64,000 bases of DNA from contig CAYOOO010000006.1 in assembly GCA_964405655.1 (NCBI GenBank), positions 3,671 to 67,670 of the forward strand. The letters are read 5' to 3'. This stretch comes from an uncultured Gammaproteobacteria bacterium (GTDB lineage: Bacteria > Patescibacteriota > Microgenomatia > Daviesbacterales > UBA10151). Position 1 is the first letter of the stretch, and each line of letters begins with the position of its first letter. The translations under genes and the position numbers were made by a program. This document shows positions 27,431-37,736 of the stretch, one piece after another. Below the pieces are notes generated by a model. That model did not search any database. It saw only the letters and a list, made by a program, of their open reading frames with translations, and was not told the DNA's origin.

Positions 27431-29109
27431 TGGGTATTCCTAAACTCCTCAAATCCCACCTTTTTTTGCTTATATTTCTAATAATTTTAGTTATACCGAC
27501 TTTCAATAGAATGTTTAAGCCTGGTATATTCACCATGCATGATTTTCATGTTTACAGGCTCTATGAATATGATAAATGTATTGCTGATGTTAAATTACCT
27601 TGTAGATGGGCTCCGGATAGCGCTTTTGAGTATGGTGAGCCAGTTTTTAACTACTACGCCCAACTTCCTTATTTATTTGGTGAAGTATTTAGATTTTTGG
27701 GTTTATCAGTTTTAGGCTCAATCAAGGCTTTATTTGTATCCTCTTTAGTATTTTCTGCTCTAGCCATGTTTTTTTTAGCTAGGCAGCTTTGGGGAAATAA
27801 TCTGGCTGCTCTTACTTCTGCTTTGGTTTATACGTATGCTCCTTATAGAGCTGTGGATGTTTGGGTTAGAGGTGCGCTGCCTGAATCTTTAGCATTTATC
27901 TTTTTCCCACTAATAACTTACTTTTTTAATGACTTTGTTTTAAAAAAGAAAACTATCTCACTTTTGCTGTTTGGACTGTCATTTTCAGCTTTGGTTCTAA
28001 CACATAACTTATCGGTATTTATGTTTCTGATTTTCTTTTCAATATGGGCAGTTTACTTTTTAACAAAACATCAAAGCTGGAAATTAGTTCCACAGTTTAT
28101 TGGTGTGGGTATTATAAGTTTTGGGCTGTCTGCTTTCTATATTTTACCAGTGATCTTTGAAAACAAATTAGTTACTTTAACGGAGACAACTGGAGGATAT
28201 TATGATTTTAAAAACCATTATGTCACACTAAATCAGTTGTTAATTTCCAGATATTGGGGTTATGGAGCATCTCTCTGGGGAGAGGATGATAGATTAAGTT
28301 TATCTGTGGGTCATGTCCAATGGGTAATCCCAATATTAATTGCTGTACTAGTTATCTTCAGAAGAAAAATTAAAAACTACTTCAGCTTCTTTGTTCTTTT
28401 TGGTTTAGGTTGGTTTATGTTGTTTTTAACTCATAACAAATCAACACCACTCTGGGACATTTTTGCTCCATTAAGATTTGTCCAATTTCCTTGGAGATTT
28501 TTAGGTTCAGCAGTTTTTATCTTTGCACTTTCGACTGGGGCACTTCTGACTTTGTTTAAAAAACCACTTCTTAATATTTTAATATCATTGATAGTTATCG
28601 GAATAGTTATTGGTTTAAATACTCCTTTTTATTTTGAGGATATTTGGCAGTCATTTGATGATAAACAGTTTTTCTCAGGCAAAAATTACGAAATGCAAGT
28701 GGGCTCAGCAATCTACGATTTTTGGCCCAAAACTGCTGGAAAAGAAGTGCCTTCAACCTTTGCACCCAAAGATCCAATTTTTAAAGAAGGGAGTGGATCA
28801 GGAAAACTGATTGAGAAAAAAAGTCACAGTGCCAAGTACGAGTTAGAGATTAAGAGCAATCAAGCAGAGATTTCTTTCCCCATTGTTTACTTTTCTGGTT
28901 GGGTTGCTTATTCAAATGACCAAAAGTTAGAAATCTATCCAAAAGATAAATATGGACTTATTACTACTAGACTGATTCCTAAGGATAAGATAATAACCTT
29001 AGAATTTAAAGATACCTTAGTTAGACAGATTGGTAATACTCTAACCTTAATTTCACTCTTTACATTTATATCAGTTTTTACTCTTCTTAGAAGAAAAGAA
29101 AAAAAATGA
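27430..29109 (+). CDS. Polytopic membrane protein, stand-alone paralog of the C-terminal domain of 19977..22445 (YfhO-like GT-C candidate)
   Basis: 'MHDFHVYRLYEYDKCIADVKLPCRWAPDSAFEYGEPVFNYYAQLPYLFGE' aligns with 'MHDDLQAMRQLVIDKCFKDGQIPCRWSVDLGYGYGYPLFNFYPPLPYYFGQ'; at least 12 TM helices. Confidence 0.6.
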   Translation: MGIPKLLKSHLFLLIFLIILVIPTFNRMFKPGIFTMHDFHVYRLYEYDKCIADVKLPCRWAPDSAFEYGEPVFNYYAQLPYLFGEVFRFLGLSVLGSIKALFVSSLVFSALAMFFLARQLWGNNLAALTSALVYTYAPYRAVDVWVRGALPESLAFIFFPLITYFFNDFVLKKKTISLLLFGLSFSALVLTHNLSVFMFLIFFSIWAVYFLTKHQSWKLVPQFIGVGIISFGLSAFYILPVIFENKLVTLTETTGGYYDFKNHYVTLNQLLISRYWGYGASLWGEDDRLSLSVGHVQWVIPILIAVLVIFRRKIKNYFSFFVLFGLGWFMLFLTHNKSTPLWDIFAPLRFVQFPWRFLGSAVFIFALSTGALLTLFKKPLLNILISLIVIGIVIGLNTPFYFEDIWQSFDDKQFFSGKNYEMQVGSAIYDFWPKTAGKEVPSTFAPKDPIFKEGSGSGKLIEKKSHSAKYELEIKSNQAEISFPIVYFSGWVAYSNDQKLEIYPKDKYGLITTRLIPKDKIITLEFKDTLVRQIGNTLTLISLFTFISVFTLLRRKEKK

Positions 29110-30716
29110 AAAAATTATTAATTTTTCTAATCATATTATTCATCAGTGTTTTTTTTAGATTTTATAAACTAAATGATTTTCCTCCAAGTTTAAATTGGGA
29201 TGAGGTTTCTTTAGGTTACAACGCCTACTCAATTTTAAAGACTGGCAAAGATGAATGGGGACAGTTTTTACCATTAACCTTTAGAGCTTATGGAGATTAT
29301 AAATTGCCTATTTATATTTATGCAGACGTTCCTTTTGTTGCCCTGTTTGGTTTAAACGAGTGGGGAGTTAGACTCCCTTCTGCTTTAGCAGGATTAGGGA
29401 TTGTGTGTTTAGTTTTTCTAATAATTAAAAAAATAACAGGAAAAAATGATTTAGCACTTTTGGGGATGTTTTTTTCAGCGACATTACCTTGGCTGGTAAT
29501 CTTTTCTAGAATTGCCCTTGAGGCAAATCTAGCACTTCTGTTATTTGTTGCCTCATTTTATTTTTTTATTTTAAGCGAAGAGAAAAAGTACCATCTTATA
29601 ACTTCAGCAGTGCTACTAGGATTATCTTTATTTACTTATAATAGTGCCAGAGTATTGGTTTTACCATTCATAATACTTGTGAGTATACTTTTTTGGAAAT
29701 CGTTTAAAGAAAAATTTAAGTTTTCCTTATTGTCTCTTTTTATCATTATTGCCTTTTTTATTATCGCTTTTCCTCTGGCTATTTTGCAGGACTCGTCTGC
29801 TAGATACAGATGGACCACAATTTTAGATGAAGGAGCTATACAAAGAATCAATGAATTAAGAGGGTCTTCAGCACTACCGCCAATTGCTTCTAAGCTGGCA
29901 TTTAATAAATTGACTTATTTTATTCCTGAGGCTTTTAAAAACTATTTGACTCACTTTAATGCTGATTTTTTATTCCTTAATGGTGGATCGAATTATCAAT
30001 ACTCAGTTCCAGGTAGTGGTTTAGCTCCAATCGTCTTACTCCCCTTGCTAATTTTAGGAATTTTTCAAGTTTTTAGGAAAAAAACAAAATGGCAATATTT
30101 AGTTTTGGGTTGGTTGCTTCTGGCGCCAACACCAGCTGCTATTACTAGAGATGCACCTCACGCATTGAGAACTATTTTTATGAGTGTACCGCTGATAATA
30201 ATTTCCTCCTTAGGTGTTCTATTTATAATTGAGAATTTAAAAATAAAAAAAGTTTTTGTTTATTCCTTTCTTCTAGCAGCAGTACTTATTACTACAACTA
30301 GTTTCTGGATTAACTATACAAAAGTTTATACCAAAAAATATTCCTGGTCATGGCAGTATGGATATAAGCAAGTAATAAATTTTATAAATAAGCAAGGTAA
30401 TAACTATGACAAGATCTACCTTAGTAAAAAGTATGGTGAACCACATGAATTCTTATTGTTTTACTTAAAATATGATCCAAATAAGTATAGGAACGATTCT
30501 AAATTAATTAGATATAAGCGTTCAGATTGGTATTGGGTAGATCAATTTGATAGGTTTGAATTTATAAATGACTGGGAAGTAACTGAAAAAGTTAAAATTA
30601 AAACTGGCAAAGACTTGTTAATAACCAGCCCCGGAAATTACCCAGTTAAAGCTAAGCTAATTAACAGAATCAAATTTCTGGATGGGCAAGATGCTTTTGA
30701 TATTGTTGAACTATGA
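29106..30716 (+). CDS. GT-C fold glycosyltransferase, PMT/ArnT-like, paralog family member 4
   Basis: 'SLNWDEVSLGYNAYSILKTGKDEWGQFLPL...FGLNEWGVRLPSALAG'. Confidence 0.7.
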   Translation: MKKLLIFLIILFISVFFRFYKLNDFPPSLNWDEVSLGYNAYSILKTGKDEWGQFLPLTFRAYGDYKLPIYIYADVPFVALFGLNEWGVRLPSALAGLGIVCLVFLIIKKITGKNDLALLGMFFSATLPWLVIFSRIALEANLALLLFVASFYFFILSEEKKYHLITSAVLLGLSLFTYNSARVLVLPFIILVSILFWKSFKEKFKFSLLSLFIIIAFFIIAFPLAILQDSSARYRWTTILDEGAIQRINELRGSSALPPIASKLAFNKLTYFIPEAFKNYLTHFNADFLFLNGGSNYQYSVPGSGLAPIVLLPLLILGIFQVFRKKTKWQYLVLGWLLLAPTPAAITRDAPHALRTIFMSVPLIIISSLGVLFIIENLKIKKVFVYSFLLAAVLITTTSFWINYTKVYTKKYSWSWQYGYKQVINFINKQGNNYDKIYLSKKYGEPHEFLLFYLKYDPNKYRNDSKLIRYKRSDWYWVDQFDRFEFINDWEVTEKVKIKTGKDLLITSPGNYPVKAKLINRIKFLDGQDAFDIVEL

Positions 30717-32368
30717 ATTGGATTAGAAAAAACTATCTAATTTTAGTAATTCTGATAATTGCTGCAGTTTTAAGACTTTGGAATATATCAAAAGTTCCTC
30801 CTGGTTTAACTTGGGATGAAGCAGCCTTAGGATATAACTCCTATTCGTTGCTTCTTACAGCTAAAGATGAATATGGGAATTTTTTACCACTAAACCTGAA
30901 GTCCTTTGGTGATTATAAACCCGCTTTTTATTCTTATATCGATATTCCATTTGTTGCCCTACTGGGACTTAATGAACTGGCAGTAAGGCTTCCTTCAGTA
31001 CTTGCTGGTGTTGGCCTTGTATTGGTGGTCTATCTTTTAATCATAGAACTTTTTGGAAATCTTAGGCTTGCTCAACTGGTAGCCTTTATGTTAACAATCT
31101 CACCTCTAGCTATCCAGTTTTCCAGAGTGGCAATTGAATCAAATCTGGCTCTGTTTCTAAATGCACTTGCAACTTATTTCTTTATCAAAGCTAGAAAGAG
31201 TGGATATCTTTATCTGATCTCAGTCTTGCTATTTAGTTTTTCTCTATTTACTTATCAGGCTTCTAGACTGTTTGTACCCATGCTAATACTGGGACTTTTA
31301 TTAGTTTTTAGAAAACAGATAAAGTTAGGTAAGTGGTTAATTGGAGCAGGAACTACCTTAGTGATATTCTTATTTATTTTAGTTTACTCAACTTTTACTC
31401 TAAAACAGTCTGACAGACTGGTTGCAATGAACTTTTTTGCTTATCGTCGTTCTAGTGAGGAAATAAACTTAGTTAGCAAAGAGGATAGTTTAAACAAAGA
31501 TTCTCTAACATTTCAAATTTTGCATGGCGAGTGGTTTACTTATCTTCGGGGACTGACTGAAAGGTATCTGATTTATTTCTCACCAAGAATGCTTTTTATT
31601 GACGGTGATTATAATCCACGTCATCGGGTTCCTGATTTAGGTGTTTTATATTACTTTTCTGCAGTTTTAATCCCCCTAGGAATTATTTGCCTTTTTAAAT
31701 TAAAAAATACAGGCAGTCAACTAGTTTTACTTTGGTTGTTAATTGCTCCACTTCCCGCTGTACTATCTAGAGATTTAATTACATTTTTAAGAGCTTTTAA
31801 TTTAACCCTGCCTTACAGCGTCCTAGAAGGAGCAGGTCTCTATTATCTACTCACCTTAATCTTAAGTAAAAAAAGATCGCTCTTTTTACCTACTCTGGGA
31901 ATAGTCGGGTTTGTAATTCTTGTAAACCTATTTGTCTATTTAGATAGATTTTATGTGCATATGCCAAAACAATATTCACAGGGTTGGTTATATGGTTATC
32001 GTGAAGTTTTCAATGACCTTAAAACAAGAACTGACCTTAATAAATATAATAAGGTAGTTATGACTGATAAATACGGTCAACCCTATATTTATTACCTTTT
32101 CTATACTAAGTACCTCCCCCAAAATTTTCAGAAGCAGGCTAAACTAGATCAACCAACAGTTGATGTTGGGACAGTCAGAAGTATCGATAATATTGAATTT
32201 AGACATGTATATTGGCCAAAGGATCGCGGAGAAACAAACAGCTTATTTATAGGAAGCCTAGAAGAATTACCTGATCAAGATACCAAACCCTTCTCTGAGT
32301 ATAAGATTTTAAATGATTATTATTTTCTTGATGGACAGCATGCTTTTAGAGTTCTTGAATCAAAATGA
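30713..32368 (+). CDS. GT-C fold glycosyltransferase, PMT/ArnT-like, paralog family member 5
   Basis: 'GLTWDEAALGYNSYSLLLTAKDEYGNFLPL...LGLNELAVRLPSVLAG'. Confidence 0.7.
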   Translation: MNWIRKNYLILVILIIAAVLRLWNISKVPPGLTWDEAALGYNSYSLLLTAKDEYGNFLPLNLKSFGDYKPAFYSYIDIPFVALLGLNELAVRLPSVLAGVGLVLVVYLLIIELFGNLRLAQLVAFMLTISPLAIQFSRVAIESNLALFLNALATYFFIKARKSGYLYLISVLLFSFSLFTYQASRLFVPMLILGLLLVFRKQIKLGKWLIGAGTTLVIFLFILVYSTFTLKQSDRLVAMNFFAYRRSSEEINLVSKEDSLNKDSLTFQILHGEWFTYLRGLTERYLIYFSPRMLFIDGDYNPRHRVPDLGVLYYFSAVLIPLGIICLFKLKNTGSQLVLLWLLIAPLPAVLSRDLITFLRAFNLTLPYSVLEGAGLYYLLTLILSKKRSLFLPTLGIVGFVILVNLFVYLDRFYVHMPKQYSQGWLYGYREVFNDLKTRTDLNKYNKVVMTDKYGQPYIYYLFYTKYLPQNFQKQAKLDQPTVDVGTVRSIDNIEFRHVYWPKDRGETNSLFIGSLEELPDQDTKPFSEYKILNDYYFLDGQHAFRVLESK

Positions 32369-33975
32369 AAATTAAGGCTTTCCTAATTTTAGTAATTATC
32401 TTGGCAGCAATTTTAAGACTTTGGGACTTAACAAACTATCCAGCTGGCTTTAATGCGGATGAGGCAAGTATCGGTTACAATGCTTATTCTATTTTAAAAA
32501 CAGGTAGGGATGAATACGGACAGTTCTTACCTCTTAACTTCAAGTCTTTTGGAGACTATAAACCAGGTTTGTATTTCTATTTTGTCATCCCATTTATTTG
32601 GCTCCTGGGTTTAGCTGAATTTGCAGTCAGACTACCCTCAGCAATCTTAGGAATTGCAACAGTTTATTTAATTTATTTTTTATCAAAACAGATATTTAAC
32701 AATAAAAATATCGCTCTGTTATCAGCTTTTCTTTTAGCTATTACACCTTGGCATATTCATTTTTCCAGAGGTGGTTGGGAATCTAATGCTGCTACATTTT
32801 TTATAACACTTGGTTTCCTACTATTTCTCAAAGGTTTAGAAAAAGCCAATTTTTTATTTTGGAGTTTACTTAGTTTTCTGATTTCAATTTATTTATATCA
32901 AAGTCCAAGATTATTAGTCCCCCTCTTTTTAATTAGCTTAATATTTCTTTACAATAGACATCTTTTAAAGAAACTAAAAAATTTAACCATCTTTATTCCA
33001 ATTTTATTTATACTTTCTCTACCGCTTTTTGGTGAATTTTTAACTGGTCAAGGAGCTGCTAGATTCTCAGGCTTATCTTTTTTATCTGATCCGGGTCCAG
33101 GATCAAGAACAAATGAGTTACGTGGCCAACATTTAAATCCAAGTTCCCTATATTCAATTATTTTACATAACAAATTTACTTCATACGGTCCAAGTTTCTT
33201 AGGTCATTACTTAGACCATTTCTCATCTCAGTTCCTATTTATTAGGGGGGAGGACGTTATTAGAAATAAAGTTCCCGAAACAGGCCAATTTTATCTAGTC
33301 CAGGCAATGTTTCTAATATTGGGGATAATGTATCTTACAAGATCTAAATTAGAACATAAAAAACTTTTACTTGCTTGGTTAATTATTTCTCCGACTGCTT
33401 CAGCAATGACTTTTCAAACACCGAATGCTTTAAGGTCACTAAACATGGTAATACCTTTTAGTTTGATTATGGGAGTAGGTTTATACTATCTTATTACGAT
33501 CACTAAAAAAAAGCTTCGGTTTTTGATTGCTTTTATAATATTTTTCATACTTGGATTTGAGGTTATCCACTATTTAGAGTCATATTATATGCACTATCCT
33601 AAAAGATATCCTTTAGCTTGGGAATATGGATTTAAACAAATGGTTAGCAAATTATCTATCAAGCAACCGCTATATAATAATGTAGTTATTACAGATCGTT
33701 ACGATCAACCCTACATACTCCTGCTCTTTTATCAAAAGTTTGATCCTGTCAAATATCAACCTCAAGCCAGGCTCTCTATAAGAGACAAGTTTAATTTTGG
33801 GACTATTAGATCTTTTGATAAATACCAGTTTAGACAAATTGACCCTAAGGAGATCAAAAATGCTAAAGATACCTTGTTTATAGGTAGCGAAAAAGAGATC
33901 CCAAAAGATGCTAATATTATCGATAGAGTTGACTTTCCGAATGGTCAACCAGCCTTTTTATTTGTCGGAACATAA
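32365..33975 (+). CDS. GT-C fold glycosyltransferase, PMT/ArnT-like, paralog family member 6
   Basis: 'GFNADEASIGYNAYSILKTGRDEYGQFLPL...LGLAEFAVRLPSAILG'. Confidence 0.7.
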   Translation: MKIKAFLILVIILAAILRLWDLTNYPAGFNADEASIGYNAYSILKTGRDEYGQFLPLNFKSFGDYKPGLYFYFVIPFIWLLGLAEFAVRLPSAILGIATVYLIYFLSKQIFNNKNIALLSAFLLAITPWHIHFSRGGWESNAATFFITLGFLLFLKGLEKANFLFWSLLSFLISIYLYQSPRLLVPLFLISLIFLYNRHLLKKLKNLTIFIPILFILSLPLFGEFLTGQGAARFSGLSFLSDPGPGSRTNELRGQHLNPSSLYSIILHNKFTSYGPSFLGHYLDHFSSQFLFIRGEDVIRNKVPETGQFYLVQAMFLILGIMYLTRSKLEHKKLLLAWLIISPTASAMTFQTPNALRSLNMVIPFSLIMGVGLYYLITITKKKLRFLIAFIIFFILGFEVIHYLESYYMHYPKRYPLAWEYGFKQMVSKLSIKQPLYNNVVITDRYDQPYILLLFYQKFDPVKYQPQARLSIRDKFNFGTIRSFDKYQFRQIDPKEIKNAKDTLFIGSEKEIPKDANIIDRVDFPNGQPAFLFVGT

Positions 33976-33979
33976 ATAA

Positions 33980-34840
33980 ATGACTAAATTGTCTGTCACT
34001 ATAGCTACTTTTAATGAAGAAGAAAACATAAAGAGTTGTTTAAAAACTGTTAAAGATATTGCCGATGAAATTGTGGTAGTTGATGGGGGATCGGTTGATC
34101 GCACAGTAGAGATCGCTAAAGAATTTAATGCAAAAGTTACAGTTACGGATAATCCCCCCAACTTTCATATTAATAAACAAAAAGCTAATGATTTGGCAGA
34201 AAACGATTGGATCTTACAACTTGATGCAGATGAACGGGTTACTGCTACACTTGATAGAGAGATAAAAAATGTCATTAGAATGGGGGTAGAGGAATTAGAA
34301 GATTACCAAGCATCTTTAAAGAATAAAAAACTTTTTTTAAGGCACCAAAAACTGCTTGAGGAAAGAGATGGAAAAATAGGAATAGATCAAGGAGAATTTG
34401 TGGCTTTTTTTGTTCCAAGGGCAAATTACTTCTTGGGAAAATACTTAAGATATGGGGGAGTTTATCCTGATGGAGTGATCCGTCTATTTAAGAAGGATAA
34501 GGCGTTTTTACCCTGTAAAAGTGTCCATGAACAGTACCAAGTTGATGGTAGAGTTGGTTGGTTGCAAAATAACCTACTTCATATCGATTCACCGACATTC
34601 AAACGTTATTTACAAAGAAACAACCGATATATTAGCTTGATTGTTAGAGATTTGGCTAGAGAACGAGTGAAAAAAAATATTTGGCAACTTTTAAATTATT
34701 GTTTAATCAAACCAGTTTGGTGGTTTATAAAAACTCAACTAATTCACAAAGGAATATTGGATGGGATACCGGGGGTAATTTTCTCTTTTTTCTCTGCCTT
34801 GAGATTCCCAAGGGCTTACATTAAATATTTATTAACATGA
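33980..34840 (+). CDS. Glycosyltransferase family 2 (WaaE-like paralog)
   Basis: 'LSVTIATFNEEENIKSCLKTVKDIADEIVVVDGGSVDRT', 'LDADE'. Confidence 0.75.
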   Translation: MTKLSVTIATFNEEENIKSCLKTVKDIADEIVVVDGGSVDRTVEIAKEFNAKVTVTDNPPNFHINKQKANDLAENDWILQLDADERVTATLDREIKNVIRMGVEELEDYQASLKNKKLFLRHQKLLEERDGKIGIDQGEFVAFFVPRANYFLGKYLRYGGVYPDGVIRLFKKDKAFLPCKSVHEQYQVDGRVGWLQNNLLHIDSPTFKRYLQRNNRYISLIVRDLARERVKKNIWQLLNYCLIKPVWWFIKTQLIHKGILDGIPGVIFSFFSALRFPRAYIKYLLT

Positions 34841-35889
34841 GTAAGATCAAAGTTGGTTTAGATATTAGTAGAATGAATCCTTTAAGTCTTAATAGAGGAA
34901 TTGGCTACTATACTAGGAATCTTTTTGAATCTCTCAAAAACATAAGTAACCTTGAGGTTTTATTGATAGAGGATCAAAATCAGATTAGGGAAGATTTAGA
35001 TCTAATTCACTACCCATTTTTTGATTTTTTTTCATCTACCTTACCACTCAAAAAAAGTTCACCAACAATAGTTACTATCCATGATGTTACTCCTTTAGTT
35101 TTTCCTAAACATTACCCCGCAGGCATTAAGGGTAGGATTAATTTAGAGAGACAAAAATTATCACTTAGATCAGTTAAAGCTGTAATTACTGATTCTCTTT
35201 CTTCTAAGTTTGATATTAAAAAAACTTTAAAAGTTGCAGAAGATAAGATTTTTCCAATTTATCTTGCGCCGGCTAAGAAATTTAAATCAATAGATGATCA
35301 ACAAAGATTAAAACTGGTCAAAATCAAATATGACCTTCCGGAATCTTTTGCATTATTTGTTGGCAATATTAACTGGAATAAGAATTTGTTGAATTTAACG
35401 GAGGGTTGTTTGGACAGCGGAACTGATCTCGTTTTGGTAGGTAGCGCATTCGGAACCAGAAATAGCCTTTCTCATCCAGAACTTGCCAGTTTCAAATTAT
35501 GGCTAGAAAAATATTCAACTAATCCGAAAGTGCATATACTGGACAACTATCCAGAGGATGAAATTGTGGAAATTTATAATATTGCCAATGTTTTGCTCCT
35601 TCTGTCTTTTTATGAAGGATTCGGGTTGACAATTCTTGAGGCACAAGCTTGTGGTACACCTGTAATTACAAGTAACACATCTTCTATGCCAGAAGTTGCA
35701 GGTGAAGGTGCGGCTTTGGTTGACCCTGAAAATGTTAATGAAATAAGTAGCGCTATTGAAAGCATTATTTCAAATAAATCCCTAAAAGAAAATTTTATGA
35801 AAAGAGGATTTAAAAACATCAAAAGATTTTCTTGGGATAAAACTGCTCTTTTAACTGCAGAAGTTTATGAAAGAGTTCTTAATAGTTAA
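34837..35889 (+). CDS. Glycosyltransferase family 4
   Basis: 'EGFGLTILEAQACGTPVITS' GT4 signature. Confidence 0.7.
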   Translation: MSKIKVGLDISRMNPLSLNRGIGYYTRNLFESLKNISNLEVLLIEDQNQIREDLDLIHYPFFDFFSSTLPLKKSSPTIVTIHDVTPLVFPKHYPAGIKGRINLERQKLSLRSVKAVITDSLSSKFDIKKTLKVAEDKIFPIYLAPAKKFKSIDDQQRLKLVKIKYDLPESFALFVGNINWNKNLLNLTEGCLDSGTDLVLVGSAFGTRNSLSHPELASFKLWLEKYSTNPKVHILDNYPEDEIVEIYNIANVLLLLSFYEGFGLTILEAQACGTPVITSNTSSMPEVAGEGAALVDPENVNEISSAIESIISNKSLKENFMKRGFKNIKRFSWDKTALLTAEVYERVLNS

Positions 35890-37015
35890 AACGCTGGTTG
35901 TTTTTTTCTTCACCTGGAGAGTTAGTTTATTCATAGTTAGCCTTGTGGCTACTTTAGTCATAGTAAAATTTGGTGCCAGATTTCCTTATTATAACGAGAT
36001 TTTGGTAAGCACAGGACTTCCCTCATGGATTTGGGGATTTGGTAATTTTGATGGCGTCCATTATTTAAATATCGCAAAATCAGGATACTCCGCCCAATTT
36101 ACTCAAGTTTTTTTCCCTTTATTTCCAATGTTGATAAATTTTTTTAATTTCTTTCAAAATTACTTCCTAACAGGATTGCTTATTGCAAATCTATTCTTTC
36201 TTCTCTCCATTATTTCTCTATATAAATTATTTAGGTTAGATTTCGATAAAGATATTAGTTTAAAAGCTGTAATTCTTTTGTTAACATTTCCAACTGCCTT
36301 TTATTTTGGTGCTATCTATTCGGAATCATTATTTTTGTTGTTATCAGTTCTGGCTTTTTATCTGCTTCGGAAGAAAGAATTCTTTCTTTCTGGGGTATTT
36401 ATTGCCCTAGCTACAGCTACCAGAATATTTGGGATTCTTTTGGTGATTGCTTATATTATAGAATTTTATTATGCAGTTAAAGAAAGACAGATTAAATTTA
36501 TAACATTACAGGCAGTTAAACCTCTACTCGGTTTACTGATTTCTCCATTAGGTCTAATTACCTATATGGCCTATCTCAAAATAAATTTTAATGATCCCTT
36601 ATATTTTTTAAATGCTCAACCTATTTTTGGAGCTGAAAGAACCAATCTCCCTTTTGTCTTATTGCCACAGGTAATTTTTAGATATATAAAAATTCTTCTA
36701 AGTATAAACGTCTTATCTTTACCTTTTTTAAATGCCCTACTTGAACTTATATTTACTCTTATTCCTTTATTTTCATTAATTTTTATCTTTAAAAAAATCA
36801 GATTTAGTTACTGGGTATTTTCCTTTAGTTGTCTGATATTACCTACACTAACAGGAACTCTTTCATCGATGCCCCGGTACTCATTGATGATGTTCTTATC
36901 ACTCCCACTTATTGCTATTCTAGTTAAAAGAAATATATGGATTTTATATTTAACCTTCACACTTATCCAAGCTGTATTATTAACTTTATTTATTAGAGGC
37001 TACTGGGTGGCTTAG
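35867..37015 (+). CDS. Polytopic integral membrane protein (possible mannosyltransferase-like GT-C/DUF2029-type)
   Basis: 382 aa, about 10 TM helices, no soluble domain; assignment by architecture only. Confidence 0.4.
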   Translation: MKEFLIVKTLVVFFFTWRVSLFIVSLVATLVIVKFGARFPYYNEILVSTGLPSWIWGFGNFDGVHYLNIAKSGYSAQFTQVFFPLFPMLINFFNFFQNYFLTGLLIANLFFLLSIISLYKLFRLDFDKDISLKAVILLLTFPTAFYFGAIYSESLFLLLSVLAFYLLRKKEFFLSGVFIALATATRIFGILLVIAYIIEFYYAVKERQIKFITLQAVKPLLGLLISPLGLITYMAYLKINFNDPLYFLNAQPIFGAERTNLPFVLLPQVIFRYIKILLSINVLSLPFLNALLELIFTLIPLFSLIFIFKKIRFSYWVFSFSCLILPTLTGTLSSMPRYSLMMFLSLPLIAILVKRNIWILYLTFTLIQAVLLTLFIRGYWVA

Positions 37016-37058
37016 GTAATTGAAATGTGGATTATTAAGAAGTATATTTTCAAGATAG

Positions 37059-37736
37059 ATGAAGAAAGGACTTATTCTAATTCCTGCATTTAATGAGGAA
37101 AAAACAATTGGTCAGGTTTTAAAAAAGATACCGAGAAGAGTACTTGGTCTACCTGTTGAAGTATTAGTTGTTGACGATGGTTCTTCAGACCAAACCGAAC
37201 TCGAAGCCATAAAATATAATTCCCATGTTTTATCCCATCCGATCAACCGAGGTTTAGGTGCAGCTTTAGGAACAGGTTTCGTTTATGCAAAGGAATCAGA
37301 TTATGATTTTCTGGTAACTTTAGATGCTGATGGGCAGCATGATCCAACAGAGATCCCAAAACTAGTTAAACCAATTCTATTAAACCAAGCTGATTTTGTA
37401 GTAGGAACCAGGGTGCTTAAGAAAGGAATGCCAATTTATCGGAAAGTTCTAACATTCTTTGCCTCCATGATTACTTTGTTGTTTACAGGAATTTGGACAA
37501 CTGACTCTCAATCAGGATTTAGAGCTTTCTCAAAAGAGGCTATAGAAAAAATTAATATTGAAGTAGATAGAATGGAGGTATCGTCTGATCTTTTTAATCA
37601 ATCACGCGAGAAAAGATTGAAGATTATTGAAGTTCCAATTAAACCAATCTACACTCAGTATTCTAATACAAAGGGGCAGAATTTTTTGAATTCTTTTAAT
37701 ATAATAGGGAAGTTAATATTACAGAAGGTCAGATGA
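37059..37736 (+). CDS. Polyprenol-phosphate sugar synthase-like GT2 (Dpm1-like, soluble catalytic domain only)
   Basis: 'GLILIPAFNEEKTIGQVLKKIP', 'VVDDGSSDQT', 'LDADGQHDP'. Confidence 0.7.
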   Translation: MKKGLILIPAFNEEKTIGQVLKKIPRRVLGLPVEVLVVDDGSSDQTELEAIKYNSHVLSHPINRGLGAALGTGFVYAKESDYDFLVTLDADGQHDPTEIPKLVKPILLNQADFVVGTRVLKKGMPIYRKVLTFFASMITLLFTGIWTTDSQSGFRAFSKEAIEKINIEVDRMEVSSDLFNQSREKRLKIIEVPIKPIYTQYSNTKGQNFLNSFNIIGKLILQKVR

